Below are positions 62,901-64,000 of a stretch of DNA of 64,000 nt, one piece after another. A program made the position numbers and the translations under genes. The stretch's first letter is position 1. The number at the start of each line of letters is the position of its first letter. Below the pieces are notes generated by a model. It did not search any database. It worked only from the letters and a program-made list of their open reading frames with translations, and was not told where the DNA came from. The DNA lies in sequence record NC_019410.1. One strand, 5' to 3'.

Positions 62901-64000
62901 CGCGCCGCCGCCCTGGCCGACGGCAGCTTCGCGCGCACCGCCGCCGCGTCCAAGCCGGGTGGCATGATGGCGCCGCCGGCCGTGGCGACGCAACAGACCG
63001 CCGCCGCCGTCAAGGCGACCATCGCCTCGATGGGCGATCGCGTGTACGCGACGGCCGGGCAGCATCTCGGTCAGACCGAGGCCAAGGACGCCGCGTCCCT
63101 GCAAGCCTACTTCAAGGCCAACGGCGTCACCATCGATCCCAAGAAGCTCTCCTGGTGCGCGGCCTTCGTCAACGCCGTCCTGGCCCAGAACGGGCTCTCG
63201 GGCTCGGGCTCGCTGGCGGCCTCGTCCTTCAAGGACTATGGCGACGAGGTCTCGCGCACCGACGCCCGCAAGGGCGACATCGTCGTCCTCAAGCCCCAGG
63301 CGGCGGGCGCGACCGGTCACGTCGGCTTCCTCGACGGCTTCGACCGCCACGGCAATGTGCGGGTGCTGGGCGGCAACCAGGGCGCGGCCGGCGGCGGCGG
63401 CGTCAACGTCTCGACCTTCGCCTCCAATCAGGTCGTCTCCTTCCGCCGCACGGGCAGCGGCGGGGCCTCCAACTTCCTGGGCGGCGGCATCACCGAGGCC
63501 CAGGGCGAAGAAGGCGGCTCGCGCTACGAGCGCCGGATGAACGCCTTCAAGGCGCTCGGGACGATCACCGGCCAAGCCTCGCCGGCCGCCGACGCCCTGG
63601 CCGACTACCAAGGCAACCTCGAAAAGCTGCGCGACATCATCGTCTCGGAAGAGAAGCTGCTGAAGGACGTCGGGGCCGACGGCCAGTCGTTCTTCAACAA
63701 GACGAACCTGGAAGCCCTGGTCGCCGCTCAGAAGAAGTGGAACCGCTCGATCGTCGAGGCGCTCAACCCGATCGCCAAGGAAGCCCGGACCCTGTCTGAG
63801 GCCAACGACGTCCTGCAATTGCGCGCCAAGGGCCTGTCGCAGGAAGCCGACTGGCAAGAGCGTCTGACCGAACTGCGCAACTCCGGCATCAATGTCGACC
63901 TGATGCAGGATGAGGCCAAGTGGACCCAGTACCTGAACGAGTTGAAGAAGCAGGGCCTGGAGATCGACGTCAAGGCCCTGCAACTGAAGCCGGACGAACT
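59910..64000 (+). CDS. Tape measure protein (3' truncated by window edge) with internal NlpC/P60-like domain
   Basis: ATG 59910 after AGGA; Ala-rich helical repeats, EEFNRQIGEQIPG motif; WCAAFVN...GHVGF...LGGNQ at ~63150-63400. Confidence 0.88.
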   Translation, partial: MDSEALKLKIDSSQARTDLDALAKSLDRASKAAGAMQSNLAKGVDKSNEALSRGAKNIEKFARVTAELSKVKLSGDPAKQLTEFANAVSAVARAREISAAKLNGLSKFVQVGAAISKLRFTGESFSGLHALTQAMDEAGRARAVSAAKLKSFVDYMEVAARASRLRFSSQTSEALKSLASAMDAVARSRVVSPQKLAAFKELFATLATAKGVPNAGAIARDLDTIAGAASRAAKAMAELKGARSGMGSMRASGGAGGGGGIASGASSNVKRFNEEVAKVKGHTDNASKGVDGLGKGLGLLTGRFNLSYQAGTLFSALFSSFTFGQLVKGIYDTTVSFQKLNKAMLFVTGTYAGAHKATQDFIDISVQLGASVEDNADAYSRFAISSAAAGLKLADVNKIYKSTQLALTAVGANSEQVGYAFYGLSQAMAKGKISSEEFNRQIGEQIPGNAQAGARALSKLTGQQKSVADLFDEMRKGTLQSAPFLKAWADEINRMFAPLLPEAEKRPDFQLNKLKTAFSLWKKEVGQSQFIGALTTQFKKLSDMLIVVEGDHYVLTERGRKLADSFGKGLAQAVNILGNALAWLADNLDKVVAVIKVIGALAIGNEFAKWGRQVAAFADNMLGVKRAIEEVSVAETTASGKRAVTSKAGAVNAVSTVASDRMAMATNRTRNAVMGGTFVANAVAPAVRQSPQFSQLSYLTGNPTSPTRGAPTFGRRQPYTGTMTFDARPAGRAGGMGGLFAAMGSGAATAATGAFTGLRKALNVLPGVALGAAVALAIFGNSITKLNDKAVSYNNIAAGALGTAGDEIGNGMTGLINGIRGLFGAQQKAQGTGDWLVDLSATLIVFGKAIFTLATTLGKILGTLMANVIIPWIELGQKVASGDLKGAAGKAGEVLMGQIGKGNRERWAELGKELGKDWGKALDYAGTRQSIVNGALKSAAGDSAAQQGANAAEKMTEAALAQMKAADQQALAAADLKDATANFKKDLEPLNFNDLFKRAAALADGSFARTAAASKPGGMMAPPAVATQQTAAAVKATIASMGDRVYATAGQHLGQTEAKDAASLQAYFKANGVTIDPKKLSWCAAFVNAVLAQNGLSGSGSLAASSFKDYGDEVSRTDARKGDIVVLKPQAAGATGHVGFLDGFDRHGNVRVLGGNQGAAGGGGVNVSTFASNQVVSFRRTGSGGASNFLGGGITEAQGEEGGSRYERRMNAFKALGTITGQASPAADALADYQGNLEKLRDIIVSEEKLLKDVGADGQSFFNKTNLEALVAAQKKWNRSIVEALNPIAKEARTLSEANDVLQLRAKGLSQEADWQERLTELRNSGINVDLMQDEAKWTQYLNELKKQGLEIDVKALQLKPDE

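Noticed and set aside
59907-63983. 1358-aa minus-strand ORF, and similar long antisense ORFs (19581-21515, 42297-46124, 56932-59034, 35350-37179)
   Set aside because: In-register antisense shadows of GC3-biased real genes (tape measure, portal, fibre, tail tube); no SD and implausible composition

Overview
This window is part of a large, high-GC Caulobacter phage of the phiCbK type (lineage inferred from gene content and order). From left to right it contains: the 3' end of the large terminase; a ~9.5 kb block of small early genes that is probably the long terminal repeat, driven by eight CtrA-box promoters; many small middle hypothetical genes with MazG-like, HD, DHH, DEDDh and HNH enzymes; portal, scaffold, major and minor capsid; a 2797-aa glycine-rich/LamG fibre or head-filament protein; an array of 29 tRNAs plus one degenerate tRNA, all with encoded CCA; PhoH; head-tail joining genes; tail tube; a tail chaperone with a -1 frameshift; and the 5' part of the tape measure gene. 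The most striking unexplained feature is in the tRNA array. Two tRNA sub-operons (and less clearly a third) have the layout promoter, short leader ORF, intrinsic terminator, tRNAs. In each of the two, the leader ORF contains a long run of residues drawn only from the amino acids of the downstream tRNAs, covers every downstream anticodon, and is linked to mutually exclusive terminator/antiterminator helices. This looks like a multi-tRNA-sensing attenuator that switches on phage tRNAs when translation of those codons stalls. Other notable signals are a covarying CAATCCCG-loop hairpin shared by early leaders and a stand-alone small RNA, a TCACGA/TCGTGA operator family containing a GANTC site, structurally atypical tRNAs, and a divergent minigene transcript. 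All annotation was done by eye: family names are motif-based, no database search or folding program was run, and RNA coordinates may be off by 1-2 nt.
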